DNA from: Candidatus Brocadiia bacterium
Lineage (GTDB): Bacteria; Planctomycetota; Brocadiia; SM23-32
Assembly: GCA_046538485.1 (NCBI GenBank)
Contig: JBKHIT010000008.1
Span: 1 to 64,000, forward strand
Reading direction: 5' to 3'
Length of the DNA stretch: 64,000 nt
Shown here: in pieces, positions 20,253 through 30,926 of the stretch
How positions within the stretch are numbered: position 1 is the first letter of the stretch
Layout: the number at the start of each line of letters is the position of its first letter
Made by a program: the position numbers and the translations under genes
The notes under the pieces: generated by a model
The model's input: only the letters and a program-made list of their open reading frames with translations
Told to the model about the DNA's origin: nothing
Databases searched by the model: none

Positions 20253-21596
20253 TCACAAAACCATCCAGACCACCCAAACAAACAGGCTGCTTGCAGTGGT
20301 CGCTGCCAGAGTAAATGGTAGGCCTATCTTGACAAAATCCCAAAAACTGGTCCCCTCGCCCATTCGCCGCAACATTCCGTAGGAAACCACATTAGCGGAG
20401 GCCCCAACGGGTGTAATATTCCCCCCGAGGCAGCTGCCGATCAACAGGCCAAAGGCCAGAACCATATTATTGGCTTCGAGGCCGCCCAGATGTCCCGTCA
20501 AATCCTGCACAAGCGGGAGCATGGCCGCCAGGTACGGGATGTTGTCAATGAATCCGCTCAAGAACATACTGACCGCTACAATCAGAATAAAGGCCGTTAA
20601 TATCGAGTCCCCCGTCAGAGAACGTACGCCTTCGGCAAGCAGAGGAATTATGTCACTCTGTCCCTCCTTGAGAGCAAATACCATCATGAACACGCCCATC
20701 AAAAAGAAACAAGTGCTCCAGTCGAATGAACGCAGGATACGCACAGCATTTTCCCGATTCTGATGCCAGAGCCAGGTAATCCCCAGCGCCCCTGCCGTCA
20801 GGCATACGGTTCCGCCAAACCACATGAAATCTGCATCGACAAGGGAACCAAAAGCCAGAGCAACGATCATACCCACCAGAAGTATCGTGGGTACCCAGCT
20901 ACGGGGTTTCGCGGAAGGTTGTTCGGAAATCGATTGCCGGTATTTTCTGAACATCAGCCACAACACAAAAAATCCCGCAATCGCTCCGAACTGCACCGCC
21001 CAGAACACGCCGGCCCGGCCATGCTGAACAAAAAATTCAGCAAAGTTCATTCGATATTCCGCAGCCAAAATCATGCTGGGAGGGTCACCGATAAGGGTAG
21101 CAGTTCCCTGAAGATTTGAAGATATCGCAATCCCTATTAAAAAAGGTGCCGGCGAAACATCAAGTTTTTTCGCCAGTTCCATCGCAATGGGCGCGACAAT
21201 CAACACCGTAGCAACGTTGTCAGCAAACATACTGATAAAACTCGCCATTGCGCAAACTCCGAGTATTGCCCATCCCACATTTGGACTTTTGGCCACCAAC
21301 CAGTCGGACATAACAGCGGGCACTCGGCTGTAGATGAAAACCTGGGCTATCAGTAATGTTCCCGAGAATATCCCGATAACATTCCAGTTGATCGACGCCC
21401 ATGCCCACCCATCCTCCTGCCTCATTATGAGGAACAAATCCTGAGGGTTAACAACTGGTTTTTGCCCCCAGAGCAGAGGCAACACACAAAGTGCCCCAAT
21501 ACCAATCCAGAGAGCAACGGCAACGTAACGTTTGCTGAATATAATGAACCCGTAAACGATACAAAAAATAATGGCCGTTAGAATTTGGGGGTCCAT
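20253..21596 (-). CDS. ArsB/NhaD/SLC13-type ion or anion permease
   Basis: Many TM segments plus DNVATVL, SNLQGTATLIGDPP, DNIP and GGNITPVGASANV. Confidence 0.88.
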   Translation of the reverse strand: MDPQILTAIIFCIVYGFIIFSKRYVAVALWIGIGALCVLPLLWGQKPVVNPQDLFLIMRQEDGWAWASINWNVIGIFSGTLLIAQVFIYSRVPAVMSDWLVAKSPNVGWAILGVCAMASFISMFADNVATVLIVAPIAMELAKKLDVSPAPFLIGIAISSNLQGTATLIGDPPSMILAAEYRMNFAEFFVQHGRAGVFWAVQFGAIAGFFVLWLMFRKYRQSISEQPSAKPRSWVPTILLVGMIVALAFGSLVDADFMWFGGTVCLTAGALGITWLWHQNRENAVRILRSFDWSTCFFLMGVFMMVFALKEGQSDIIPLLAEGVRSLTGDSILTAFILIVAVSMFLSGFIDNIPYLAAMLPLVQDLTGHLGGLEANNMVLAFGLLIGSCLGGNITPVGASANVVSYGMLRRMGEGTSFWDFVKIGLPFTLAATTASSLFVWVVWMVL

Positions 21597-21686
21597 AAGC
21601 AGAAATTCTCAGCATAAAAATCAGCAAACCAACATACGACACAAGGACTGAGAGTGTAGCAGTAACCTGGCAATCCGTCAACATCA

Positions 21687-22712
21687 GCTCTCTGCAAAAG
21701 GAATCTGCGCTGTAGGTCTCTTCAGTGGCCGGCAGCCGGACATTCCCCGGAAATCCTACCGGACTCTGCCGTCGGACCGGGCGCAAATTCCTTAATTTTC
21801 CTTCGGAAAAGGGGAATGGCGGTTTGCGGCCGGAAGTGTGCCGTTCTCTTACACACCTTTCCCGCAGGGAAGCAAGATTTCGGCTACTTTTTGGCGGCGC
21901 CGTTGCGATCGGCCTAAGCGGGCCCCTACCAGACTTCTTATTGTTGGCGCCGTCCTGTCCTCCCAGCTGGCCGATTTGCTCTTGTTTTCTCTCACCCGCC
22001 CCAGCGCCATCGCAAGCATCACTATCAGCGCCAGGCTGCACCGGGCCCGCATCTTCTTATTCCCGCGGATATAGTGGTTCTCGAATCCAAACGATACGTC
22101 CAGCCGCCCGTTCACCCGCTCCATCGAAGTGCGTTTCTTATACAATCGTTCAAATTTCGCGCTTGTGTGCGCCTCCGGCACGGCATCTTCAGCCTCTTTA
22201 CAGGATCAAAGCCACACATCCAACGCAGCCTATCGTTCCGCCGCAGTTCCCGGCGCAAAGCCGCCCCCGAATCATGTTGAAAGATCACTCCGGCCAGCAG
22301 TGAGTTCCACATCGCCCGAATCGGATAGTCATCCCGCCCACGACCCCTTTGTGCTTCCATAATCCGCATCAGGGATTCATCGGGAATTACTTCCAAGACC
22401 AGTTTGAAACGCTTCAGATCCCCCAGATTCTCGATATCTTTCCAGCAAAACAATCCTGTTTGTGGTATACTGGTCATTGTGCGCTCTTTCCTTTCTGTGG
22501 CAAATGTAACTCGGTTTTCAGAAACATTTTACCACAGTCAGATGGGGCGCACACTTTCATTTTGGGGGCTTGGGTTAAAAATCGGGGCTCCCACAGCAAA
22601 TCGGTGCCTCAGAACCTCTGAGAGCCCGATTTTTGGGTAAAGAGTTTTTCTGCCCTCCGTTAAACCCCGGCTGCCAAAAGAGTTCCAATCAGCGCAAATG
22701 GCTCTCTGCAAA
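21687..22712 (-). mobile_element. Internally deleted IS element (IS1182/IS5-like DDE transposase remnant)
   Basis: Transposase N- and C-terminal pieces, bounded by the 12-bp direct repeat GCTCTCTGCAAA (21687-21698, 22701-22712) with imperfect TGCGCTG/CAGCGCA inverted motifs inside. Confidence 0.75.
21849..22477 (-). pseudogene. Transposase pseudogene lacking its catalytic core
   Basis: The N-terminus MTSIPQTGLF..GRGRDDYPIRAMWNSLLAG..LRWMCGF is joined out of frame to the C-terminus YKKRTSMERVNGRLDVSFGFENHYIRG..ALIVMLAMALG. Only ~170 aa remain. Confidence 0.85.
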
Positions 22713-22757
22713 GCTTGCAATAAAAATGCTCAAGGCCACTTTCTTACGCCCTTTTCC

Positions 22758-22786
22758 TTGGAAATCCTTCCGCTAAATGGTACAAT
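22758..22786 (+). promoter_or_regulatory. Putative sigma70 promoter
   Basis: TTGGAA-N17-TACAAT with an extended TG. Confidence 0.5.
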
Positions 22787-22889
22787 TTGTTTTCCGGCAA
22801 GCGGGTGATAAGCATGTTGGCAAAAGGGCAAGACCTGTGAAAGCAACGTTCAACGAGCTTCTCTTCCGCTGACTAACTGGAGGGATTCC

Positions 22890-23342
22890 GTGAGCGAACC
22901 TACACTCATCGATTTGACCACTATTCCCGATACGTTGTTGGAACTGGGAGGGCCATTACTTCTGGCCGTAGCGGGTTTGAGCGTGCTCTTCCTCTATGTT
23001 GCCTTCGTCGGCGTCATAATGTGGTTTGCTGCCACCGTCGCCGACGCGGAAAATGCCACTCTCGGCCGGTCAGCCAGCGCTGCCCTTTTTTCAGGTATCC
23101 TGGCAACAATCGGTGGGATTCTCGGCCTGATGCTTCCCGGAGGAGGCCGGGAGGCAGGAGTAATATTAGCAATGATCGCAGCCATGATCGGTATCAAAAT
23201 GATCTTTGCTACCGGGTTAAGAAAGGCCCTCATCATATGGATTCTGAATCTCTGCGCCTCATCAGTGCTCTTTTTTGCGTTCTACGCAGTTTTCGCGGTA
23301 GTGCAGCAAATAGCTACCCAAAGCAGCCAAACTGCCGGATAA
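22890..23342 (+). CDS. Hypothetical integral membrane protein
   Basis: Four hydrophobic segments. GTG start after a GGAGG RBS. Confidence 0.75.
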   Translation: MSEPTLIDLTTIPDTLLELGGPLLLAVAGLSVLFLYVAFVGVIMWFAATVADAENATLGRSASAALFSGILATIGGILGLMLPGGGREAGVILAMIAAMIGIKMIFATGLRKALIIWILNLCASSVLFFAFYAVFAVVQQIATQSSQTAG

Positions 23343-23363
23343 ACCATCTATCCCGGGGCAAAC

Positions 23364-25340
23364 TCACTCCTGTATAATTTGCAGGATTTGTTCCAGCTTC
23401 TGCTGAGCAGAATTCTCGCGCCAAATTCCACACAGCCCCTCGATCTCGCCCGGTTCTTTTCCTACAATCGGTGTCAGAGAAATCTGGCCCCGGCATTCAT
23501 TCGAATTATTGTCCTGGAGCGCGAGCTCTTCGGATTCCACATTTTCACCCGCTTTTAACACCCGCTCCTTAAGCTCTTCCCATTTCTCGCCCATTTCGCC
23601 GCTTAAAATATCCGCGAACTTAAACCCATCTTTGCCCTTACCGGTCAGATCTCTTCCTGATTGACTCAAGTATTTAACCATACCCTCCTGATCCAGTTCG
23701 AAGGCAATCCCTCCCGCGAACTCTTCCAGCTCCCGGAAAAGGCCTGCGCTGTCGGATGCCCCGGCCATTTTTTTCTCACTCACATCAACGAAAAGTCCTA
23801 CCACATTCCCCCCGTTTTCTTCTTCACCTGTCGCCAGCATATGGCAGGCATACCATCGGCTATCAATCATCTTTTCGGTCACCATCTCAGCCCCAGATCC
23901 CAGCGCGCGCCGGGCCCAATCCTGCCAATCGCGGTAGAAATCTTCCGGCATCACATCTTCAGCGGTTTGGCCAACAAGATCCTCATCCGGGACGCCGACA
24001 AGCTCACCAAATGCCTTATTGGCGTATAACAGTTCCCCTTCCCCATCCGTCGAAACCAGGGGAGTTTCAATCTCCTGTAAACCCGTAGCGAGTACTGACT
24101 CACCGGCTCCGGCTCGGCCTTCTCCTTCCTGTGCCAGATCTCCTGCATCCAGGTCCGTCAACAAATGGAGATATTCGCTTCCCTCTTCTTCTTTAACAGG
24201 AAAGGTCTGGACGAGGTAACGTTTCTCCAGCTCCGTGGAGTAACTCAGCCGCGTAGCCGGTTCTCCGGTGCTGAAAGCTTCTTGCAGCGGGAAAAAAGGT
24301 TCCTCACCATCTTCTCCACCGAACAAATCCTCGCACGATTCGTCGACTAGCCGATCTCGGGTTACCCTCAATTCATCGGCACCGGCCAGATTGATATCAA
24401 CCACTTTCCCTTCATGATTTGTGAGTAAGATGGGCTGTGCAATCGTATCGAGATACTTCCGGCGCCCTCCCTTGGCAACGTCGGTCATCTCTGTCTCGAC
24501 TTCCTCTTGAAGGGCGTAGCTTTGTTCGAACTTTTGTTCAATAACAAAAGGCATCACACTGAAATAACCGGGGGCCTTAATCATACAATAGTCGGCCCCG
24601 GCCTGAATGACCTCTCGCGCCATCTCGCCATCCCAATCCTCAGTCAAAACAATGACGGGAATATGTGGCTGTCTCAGCTTCATAAAATCCAGAAGGTTTT
24701 TTGCGTCATGGGGCGAAGTATCCCAGTCCATTATAGCGACGTCGAATATTCCCATATTCAAAATCGTTCGGGAGGCCGATTCGGCGAAGGGGGTTTCAAC
24801 AATTTCAACATTTTTCATGTAATTGCGTAGCTGTTGAGTAATCCCCTCCCGGTCACTTGCTTTGTCCTCAATGAGCATAACACGGACCCGTTTGCCGAGG
24901 TCGATTTTGTCCTCAGGGGCAACCGGTTTTTCTTCAGCTGCTTTTTTAGCAGCTTTCTTTTTTTCGGCTCCTTTTCTTTTACGCGCCGTCGTTTGCTCTT
25001 TTGTGGACGTCACAGACATTTCTTTTGCAGCATCCGGGGCGGTTTTGGTTTCACTTTCGTCACTGCCTGTCTCACCAGCCGATGCTTTTTCTGTTATAGC
25101 GAGCTTTTTCAATGCTTTATTTGCACGGGGATGGCCGAGTCTTTTCGCTTCTTGTAAAGCGTCACGTGCCTCTTCGAACTTTTCAGATCGAGCGCAGCAG
25201 ACACCGAGTCCAAACCACCCACGGGGATCTTCGCTGGCATATTCCACGGCTTCCAGGAATTTTTCGGCAGCCGCATCATTATCGCCCTGGCGGGCAAGTT
25301 TTGTCGCCGCAGAAAGAATACTTTTTATGTCTTCCATCAC
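23364..25340 (-). CDS. TPR + receiver (REC) + multiple PAS domain protein
   Basis: N-terminal TPR, Ala/Lys linker, REC (MLIED, IMDWD, VLT, GADYCMIK), then three PAS-like segments. Confidence 0.8.
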   Translation of the reverse strand: MMEDIKSILSAATKLARQGDNDAAAEKFLEAVEYASEDPRGWFGLGVCCARSEKFEEARDALQEAKRLGHPRANKALKKLAITEKASAGETGSDESETKTAPDAAKEMSVTSTKEQTTARKRKGAEKKKAAKKAAEEKPVAPEDKIDLGKRVRVMLIEDKASDREGITQQLRNYMKNVEIVETPFAESASRTILNMGIFDVAIMDWDTSPHDAKNLLDFMKLRQPHIPVIVLTEDWDGEMAREVIQAGADYCMIKAPGYFSVMPFVIEQKFEQSYALQEEVETEMTDVAKGGRRKYLDTIAQPILLTNHEGKVVDINLAGADELRVTRDRLVDESCEDLFGGEDGEEPFFPLQEAFSTGEPATRLSYSTELEKRYLVQTFPVKEEEGSEYLHLLTDLDAGDLAQEGEGRAGAGESVLATGLQEIETPLVSTDGEGELLYANKAFGELVGVPDEDLVGQTAEDVMPEDFYRDWQDWARRALGSGAEMVTEKMIDSRWYACHMLATGEEENGGNVVGLFVDVSEKKMAGASDSAGLFRELEEFAGGIAFELDQEGMVKYLSQSGRDLTGKGKDGFKFADILSGEMGEKWEELKERVLKAGENVESEELALQDNNSNECRGQISLTPIVGKEPGEIEGLCGIWRENSAQQKLEQILQIIQE

Positions 25341-25407
25341 ACGCTCCTGACTTTCTCTGCTTTACAATTTGGGTCGGGGCGCTCGTGCAACATACGCCCT
25401 ATGGGAT

Positions 25408-26241
25408 TTACAATTCCATGAAATCATCGGCATCCCCAATGCCAAATCGTTGCTCATAACACTGTTCGATAATAAAAGGTATTGTTTGCTCATAACCCGA
25501 GGCCTTGATTAGACAATAGTCCGCTCCGCCCCGGATCACTTGCTGAACTATCTGGTGATTCCAGGATTGGCTTAAAACAATGAGAATGGTATCCGGTTTC
25601 TTAAGGGAAAGAAAATCAACCAGATTTTTGGCACTGTTAGGATTCTGATCCCAGTCCAGAATAGCCACGTCGAATTGCCCCACCCCAACGATAGTTGCCC
25701 AGCCTGAGTCACGAAGCGTTCCCTCTAAGATTTCCACGTTTTCCATCCATTCGCCGATAGCTTCTTCCAGAGCTTCCTTATCACGCTCTTTCTTCACAAC
25801 AAGCATAATTGAAAGTTTTTCCTCGAGCTGAACCTTACCTTCTTTGGTTTCGGCTCCGCCCTGCTCCTGCTTTTTTGATTTTGCCGCTTTCTTTGCCCCA
25901 GCCGCCGAAGCTCCTTCTGAGCTTTTTTTCTCTCCCTGGTCCGAGACCTGGGCCTTTTGCTGAGCCGTAGCGGCACCAGACTCTTTCTCCCCACGTCTTT
26001 TCTCAACCCGATGCAAAGCTTTATCAGCTTTCGGATGACCCAATTCTTTCGCCTGTAACAAAGCGTCCTCAGCCTCATCAAAACTTCCGGCGGCCAGACA
26101 GCACGTGCCGAGACCATACCAGGCTTTCTCGTTGTCACTCGCCAATTCGACCACTTCCAGGAAAGCTTCCGCCGCCTTCTCATAATCCTTATTCCGAACC
26201 AGGTTGGCCGCTTTCTTCATTTTTTCCGTGACTTTGTTCAT
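25408..26241 (-). CDS. TPR + receiver (REC) domain protein, paralog of the adjacent gene
   Basis: AAEAFLEVVELASDNEKAWYGLG..AKELGHPKA and FDVAILDWD..GADYCLIK. Probable start MNKV at 26241. Confidence 0.8.
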   Translation of the reverse strand: MNKVTEKMKKAANLVRNKDYEKAAEAFLEVVELASDNEKAWYGLGTCCLAAGSFDEAEDALLQAKELGHPKADKALHRVEKRRGEKESGAATAQQKAQVSDQGEKKSSEGASAAGAKKAAKSKKQEQGGAETKEGKVQLEEKLSIMLVVKKERDKEALEEAIGEWMENVEILEGTLRDSGWATIVGVGQFDVAILDWDQNPNSAKNLVDFLSLKKPDTILIVLSQSWNHQIVQQVIRGGADYCLIKASGYEQTIPFIIEQCYEQRFGIGDADDFMEL

Positions 26242-26411
26242 TCCCGCCTGCTCCAATACATCCTTATTCTGGCACAGGGCACTACCGCTCTGCGCCCGCA
26301 CTACAAATTCACATTTATCATTTCCCTCATTTCTATCAGGCCTATATATCGTAGTAATTCCGAGCGCCGACTGCAAATAGCATCAGGCTCCTTATTCCAG
26401 TTTTTGTTGAA

Positions 26412-26439
26412 TTGACACCGGGAAGGTTTCGTTTAAAAT
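26412..26439 (+). promoter_or_regulatory. Putative sigma70 promoter for the ABC transporter
   Basis: TTGACA-N16-TAAAAT. Confidence 0.55.
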
Positions 26440-26480
26440 TATCAAAGAGAAACTTCAATTCCCCGAAGGAGTTCCCCGGC

Positions 26481-28313
26481 GTGAGCCCACCCCACCGCCA
26501 CAGCCGTCGACTTGAGCCAGAAACCGATAAAACAAAATGGGAGCTGGTAAAATCCTCAATACGCCTCTTCTCCTATCTCAAGCCCTACTGGCACGTAGCG
26601 ATATTGCTCCTTTTGAGCAGTTTCGTTGCCATTGGCCTGAGCCTTGCGCGTCCTATGCTGATCGGTTTTTTGCTGGATATGGCGATTGTAGCCAAAAGCA
26701 TTTTTGCACTTAAAATCCTGTGTCTGGTCATACTCGCTATAATGCTGGGCACTGCTATCTTATCGTTCATCAATTCTTATTTCGGCCACAAAGTCGGCCA
26801 TCAGGTTGTACTTGACGTTCGCAATGATCTCTACTCTCATCTTCAGTCCCTGTCTGTGCGTTTTTACGAAAACCGCCCCACCGGAGAGATTATGTCCCGC
26901 GTCGTTAACGATTCCGAATCGGTCGAACAACTCATTGTCCACAGCATTCAACGTCTACTGGAAGCCTTTTTGACATTGATGCTAATCGCAGTGTACATGT
27001 TTGTGGTCAATTGGCGACTCGCGATTCTGGCCCTTATCCCGATTCCTCTCATCATAGTACAAATCTCTTACTATTCGCCTCGTTTCCGTAAAATCTTCAG
27101 AAATGTACGAGAAGCCATCGCTGACCTTAATACGTTTCTCCAGGAACGAGTTTCGGGAGTGCGTATCGTTAAAGCCTCAGCGAATGAAGCCGAAGAAGCC
27201 GACAGTTTCCGAGAAGTCACGCGCGAATGCTACGAAGCGTTCATGCGCGCGGTTTTCAACTTTTCAATGTTCCGCCCCCTCATGATGCTCCTTATGGGAA
27301 GTGGCACTTTGCTGGTAATGTATTTCGGCGGCAAAATGGCTATCCAGAGCATAGATAACCCCGATTTCCCCCACGCTTTGACCATCGGTGCGCTTGTCGC
27401 CTTCATTATGTACACGCGCCGATTCTACGGACCAATTCGGGAACTCGGACGGCTTTTCGGGCATTCCCTGCCGCGATCGCTTGCTGCCGCAGATCGAATT
27501 TTTGAGTTTCTCGATGAAGATGAAAAACTCTCCATCCCGCCTGAACCATATGAACCCGAAACTATCGGAGGTGCGATCGAATTTAAGAACGTAAATTTCA
27601 GCTACAACGAAGAAAAAATCCTCCGTCGTATAAACCTTCGTATTGAAAGCGGTGAAACGATCGCTCTCGTCGGGCCCAGCGGTGTCGGTAAAACAACGCT
27701 CGTCGACCTGATATCGCGCTTTTACGATCCTGAGGATGGCATGGTCCTGGTTGATGAACGCAATGTCCGAGAGTACGAACCCAGTGCATTACGTCAGCAC
27801 ATCGGGACGGTTCAACAGGAACCATTTCTGTTCAATTGCTCGGTGCGAGACAATATCTCTTACGGCGTTAACGATATCGACAAAAGCCGAATCAAAGCCG
27901 TCGCGGAGGAAGCTGGCGCCGCAGAATTCATTGAAGAATTGCCCGACAGATACGATACCATCGTCGGTGAAAGAGGTGTAAAACTCTCTGTCGGTCAGAA
28001 ACAACGTATATCTATCGCCCGCGCTCTCCTGCGCAACCCCGCGATATTGGTCCTCGACGAAGCAACCTCTTCTGTCGATACACCCACGGAACAAATTATT
28101 CAAGAGGCTCTCGAACGGGTCGCCAAAAATCGCACAACTATTATTATCGCACACCGTCTCAGCACAACCACCTTCGCGGACCGTATTGTCGTGCTTGAAG
28201 GTGGCAAAATTATCGAAACGGGCAAGCCTGAAAATCTGCTGCAAAAAGGCGGCCAATATGCAAGTCTCTGGGATATGCAAAATATCGATTTGCTCCCCGG
28301 CGAAAACTCCTGA
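26481..28313 (+). CDS. ABC exporter, fused permease/ATPase (MsbA/MdlB-like)
   Basis: GPSGVGKT Walker A, LSVGQKQR signature, LVLDEATS and AHRLST. GTG start after AAGGAG. Confidence 0.92.
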   Translation: MSPPHRHSRRLEPETDKTKWELVKSSIRLFSYLKPYWHVAILLLLSSFVAIGLSLARPMLIGFLLDMAIVAKSIFALKILCLVILAIMLGTAILSFINSYFGHKVGHQVVLDVRNDLYSHLQSLSVRFYENRPTGEIMSRVVNDSESVEQLIVHSIQRLLEAFLTLMLIAVYMFVVNWRLAILALIPIPLIIVQISYYSPRFRKIFRNVREAIADLNTFLQERVSGVRIVKASANEAEEADSFREVTRECYEAFMRAVFNFSMFRPLMMLLMGSGTLLVMYFGGKMAIQSIDNPDFPHALTIGALVAFIMYTRRFYGPIRELGRLFGHSLPRSLAAADRIFEFLDEDEKLSIPPEPYEPETIGGAIEFKNVNFSYNEEKILRRINLRIESGETIALVGPSGVGKTTLVDLISRFYDPEDGMVLVDERNVREYEPSALRQHIGTVQQEPFLFNCSVRDNISYGVNDIDKSRIKAVAEEAGAAEFIEELPDRYDTIVGERGVKLSVGQKQRISIARALLRNPAILVLDEATSSVDTPTEQIIQEALERVAKNRTTIIIAHRLSTTTFADRIVVLEGGKIIETGKPENLLQKGGQYASLWDMQNIDLLPGENS

Positions 28314-28314
28314 T

Positions 28315-28338
28315 AAAAACCCGGTGACACCGGTTTAA
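28315..28338. terminator. Possible bidirectional terminator
   Basis: AAAAAC-CCGGT-gac-ACCGG-TTTA between convergent genes. Confidence 0.4.
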
Positions 28339-28431
28339 TATCATCTGTTTCAAATCCGATATCCGCTGCCGGCTAATCCGAATAATAGGTTGGTCCCTGC
28401 AAAACACCGCAACCACCCCATAGAATAACAT

Positions 28432-28929
28432 TCAGTCCTTCACGAGCACGCTATCCTTACCCTCATACGGCGGCGAAAAAACCATTAATAGTGCCGTCTC
28501 TTTCTCGGTGTTGTGCGGCATAATCTTGTATGCGTGAAGCCGCGGGATTGTCACGGCAGAAAGCCGTTTCACAAAATACCTCTCGCCCTCCACTTCCACA
28601 ATCCCCCCCCCGCGTACACAAAACAAAGTCAAATCGTGACGGCGGTGGAAACGCGGTTTCAATTCAGCATCAGGGGCAATCAGAAGCACGTGCACACTCT
28701 GTCCGTCCGTTCGCTCCCGCATCCCCATCCATGCTGACTCGCCCTCTACCAGGTTAAGGTCCGCCAGCATCTCTTCTGCATCAAAAAAAGTGTTTCGCGG
28801 GAAACGAGACGCCCTCATTTGATCCCGTGCACTGCGACATCCCGTCAACGGGACAGCAAAAATACAAATTGCAAGCACGAGAGCCATTCTATTTCTGGTT
28901 AGTCTCAGCACTTTCTCACTCCACACCAT
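28432..28929 (-). CDS. Cupin-domain lipoprotein
   Basis: Lipobox LTGC, FHRRHDLT, IPRLHAY and VFSPP. Start uncertain. Confidence 0.7.
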   Translation of the reverse strand: MVWSEKVLRLTRNRMALVLAICIFAVPLTGCRSARDQMRASRFPRNTFFDAEEMLADLNLVEGESAWMGMRERTDGQSVHVLLIAPDAELKPRFHRRHDLTLFCVRGGGIVEVEGERYFVKRLSAVTIPRLHAYKIMPHNTEKETALLMVFSPPYEGKDSVLVKD

Positions 28930-29123
28930 GCCAAAATCGGACAATTCATTGTCACTCGGCGCAATATACAATCTGGAGCCTTTTTTTGCAAACCTCTCTA
29001 ACGTACCTCTCCACACCACTGCGGCCTAATCTGGCCGCTTGCGAGTCCACCCGGCGATCGGCTACCATCGGATATTCGGCAAACCCGAAGACAAAAAATT
29101 CCGAACCCAATGAAAGGCAGCCC

Positions 29124-30296
29124 GTGGACCTCACAATTGCCTGCAAATATTTCTCGCCCCGTGGCGGTGCCCAGACGTTTCTATTCAATTTCGTTCACTA
29201 CCTTCTTGAACATAATCACCGCGTCAAAGTCCTTGCGATGGAAATCAAGGGCAAGATGGAAGGGGTCGAAGCCGAAATTATTCCGATGCCGCTCGTAACG
29301 AAAACATTTCGTGATGTCGTTTTCGCCCGGGCCACCCGGAAAGCACTCCAGCAAGACAAACATGATTTGAGTTTTGGCGAACAAAAAACCTGGGGAGCCG
29401 ACGTCGTCCGCCCCGGCGGCGGAGTCCATAAAGAATACATTTCCCAGGTAATCAAAAGTTATCCATCTGCTCCGATGCGTGCCCTCCGCTCCATCACCAA
29501 ACGCCTCAGTCTCAAAGAAAGACTCAATCTACATATCGAACGCAAACTCTACGCCGACCCCGAACTCCGTTGCGTGATCGCAAATTCTCCCCTCCTGCAG
29601 CGTCATCTCGTAAAACATTACCACCATCTGGCCGATCGCATCGAAGTGGTCTACAACGGCGCTGACCCGGAACGATTCTCTCCCAAACTGAGAACCCACC
29701 GCGATGAGATCCGCCGTCAACACAACATTCCGGAGAACGCTCTTCTCAATATATTTGTCGCCTATGACGTTCGCCGTAAGGGCCTCGATACCACGCTCAG
29801 GGCTCTCTCAATTCTCAAAAAGAAAGACACCTCTTGCCCCATTCGCCTCCTGGTTGTGGGTAAGAAAAAATCCTGGGCCGTCCGCCTTGCAAAACAACTC
29901 GATGTCTCCGCTTTGACGAGTTTCACAGGCCTACAGGATCCCGAACCCTACTACGGAGCCTCGGATGTGCTGGTTTTGCCGAGCTATTTCGACCCCTGCG
30001 CCAACGTCACGCTCGAAGCTCTTTCGTGCGGCTTGCCTGTGATAACCAGCGTTGAAAATGGAGCTTACGAATTACTGACGCCTCAAATTGACGGGTTTTA
30101 CGTCGATGATCCTGCAGATGCCGCCCAGTTGGCAGGATTCATTGAGTATTTTACCGACGAGGCAAAACTCCGTCGCTCTTCCGAAGCGGCCCGAGAACGC
30201 GCTCTTCAGCATACTCTCACCGACATGTGTGCCGACATTATGAATGTGCTTGAACCCCTGGCCGAGAAAAAAAATTGGACGGACGAACCAAAATGA
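29124..30296 (+). CDS. GT4 glycosyltransferase (WaaG-like)
   Basis: GGAQ, VYNGAD, RKGL and DPCANVTLEALSCGLPVITS. GTG start at 29124. Confidence 0.9.
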   Translation: MDLTIACKYFSPRGGAQTFLFNFVHYLLEHNHRVKVLAMEIKGKMEGVEAEIIPMPLVTKTFRDVVFARATRKALQQDKHDLSFGEQKTWGADVVRPGGGVHKEYISQVIKSYPSAPMRALRSITKRLSLKERLNLHIERKLYADPELRCVIANSPLLQRHLVKHYHHLADRIEVVYNGADPERFSPKLRTHRDEIRRQHNIPENALLNIFVAYDVRRKGLDTTLRALSILKKKDTSCPIRLLVVGKKKSWAVRLAKQLDVSALTSFTGLQDPEPYYGASDVLVLPSYFDPCANVTLEALSCGLPVITSVENGAYELLTPQIDGFYVDDPADAAQLAGFIEYFTDEAKLRRSSEAARERALQHTLTDMCADIMNVLEPLAEKKNWTDEPK

Positions 30297-30480
30297 TGTA
30301 TGATTGCGCCTGTTAGAGTGGAGACGCAAGACTGTTAACGCAGCCGGTAGAGAGTGCGGGGTTTAACGTTGTTCGGAATGTTTCGCGTTTTTCGCCGCTT
30401 CTCTGGCCACGGACATCGATAACGCGCTGTCGCATTGCAAATAACATCCAATATTTCTGGTCTGAGGGATCAGTAAGACG

Positions 30481-30852
30481 GTGAAACAAGAAGAAATAGT
30501 AGTATCGTGGAACCGTGAGCAGTATCTGGACCGCTGTCGGGCCAGCAGTTCAATATCTGCCACGGACCTGGCTTTGTGGGGCATCGTTATCGTCGTGCTT
30601 CTCGCCGGATGTGACCTTTTGTTGACACTGATGAAAATCAGCGCGGGCAACTTTGTCGATGATAATCCGATCGCTCAGGTCTTCATCAAACACGGAATGC
30701 ATGCGGGGTTGATAACTTTCAAAGTGTCTGCGGTTACTTTCTTCGCCTTTGTGGGCGCTAAGGGGCGCCATCTGCTCACCACCCAGATCGGCGTCGGTGT
30801 CGCGCTTCTGGTGCATCTTCTGCTGCTCTTCCACTGGGTGCTTGTGTTTTGA
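30481..30852 (+). CDS. Small membrane protein (DUF5658-like)
   Basis: D.LLT....G...D.NPIA..F pattern and three TM segments. Confidence 0.6.
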   Translation: MKQEEIVVSWNREQYLDRCRASSSISATDLALWGIVIVVLLAGCDLLLTLMKISAGNFVDDNPIAQVFIKHGMHAGLITFKVSAVTFFAFVGAKGRHLLTTQIGVGVALLVHLLLLFHWVLVF

Positions 30853-30889
30853 TGCTGAGCGGGGCCGGGGGCTGACCAGCAGGTACGGC

Positions 30890-30925
30890 AAGGGGCCAAA
30901 GAGACGGAAGGGACAGAAAGGACTC
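30890..30925 (+). repeat. Degenerate 9-bp tandem repeat (AAGGGACNN), 4 units
   Basis: aaggggcca aagagacgg aagggacag aaaggactc. Confidence 0.6.
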
Positions 30926-30926
30926 C

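Noticed and set aside
26412..26480. TTG start for the ABC transporter
   Set aside because: It coincides with a TTGACA -35 box. The GTG at 26481 has an RBS.
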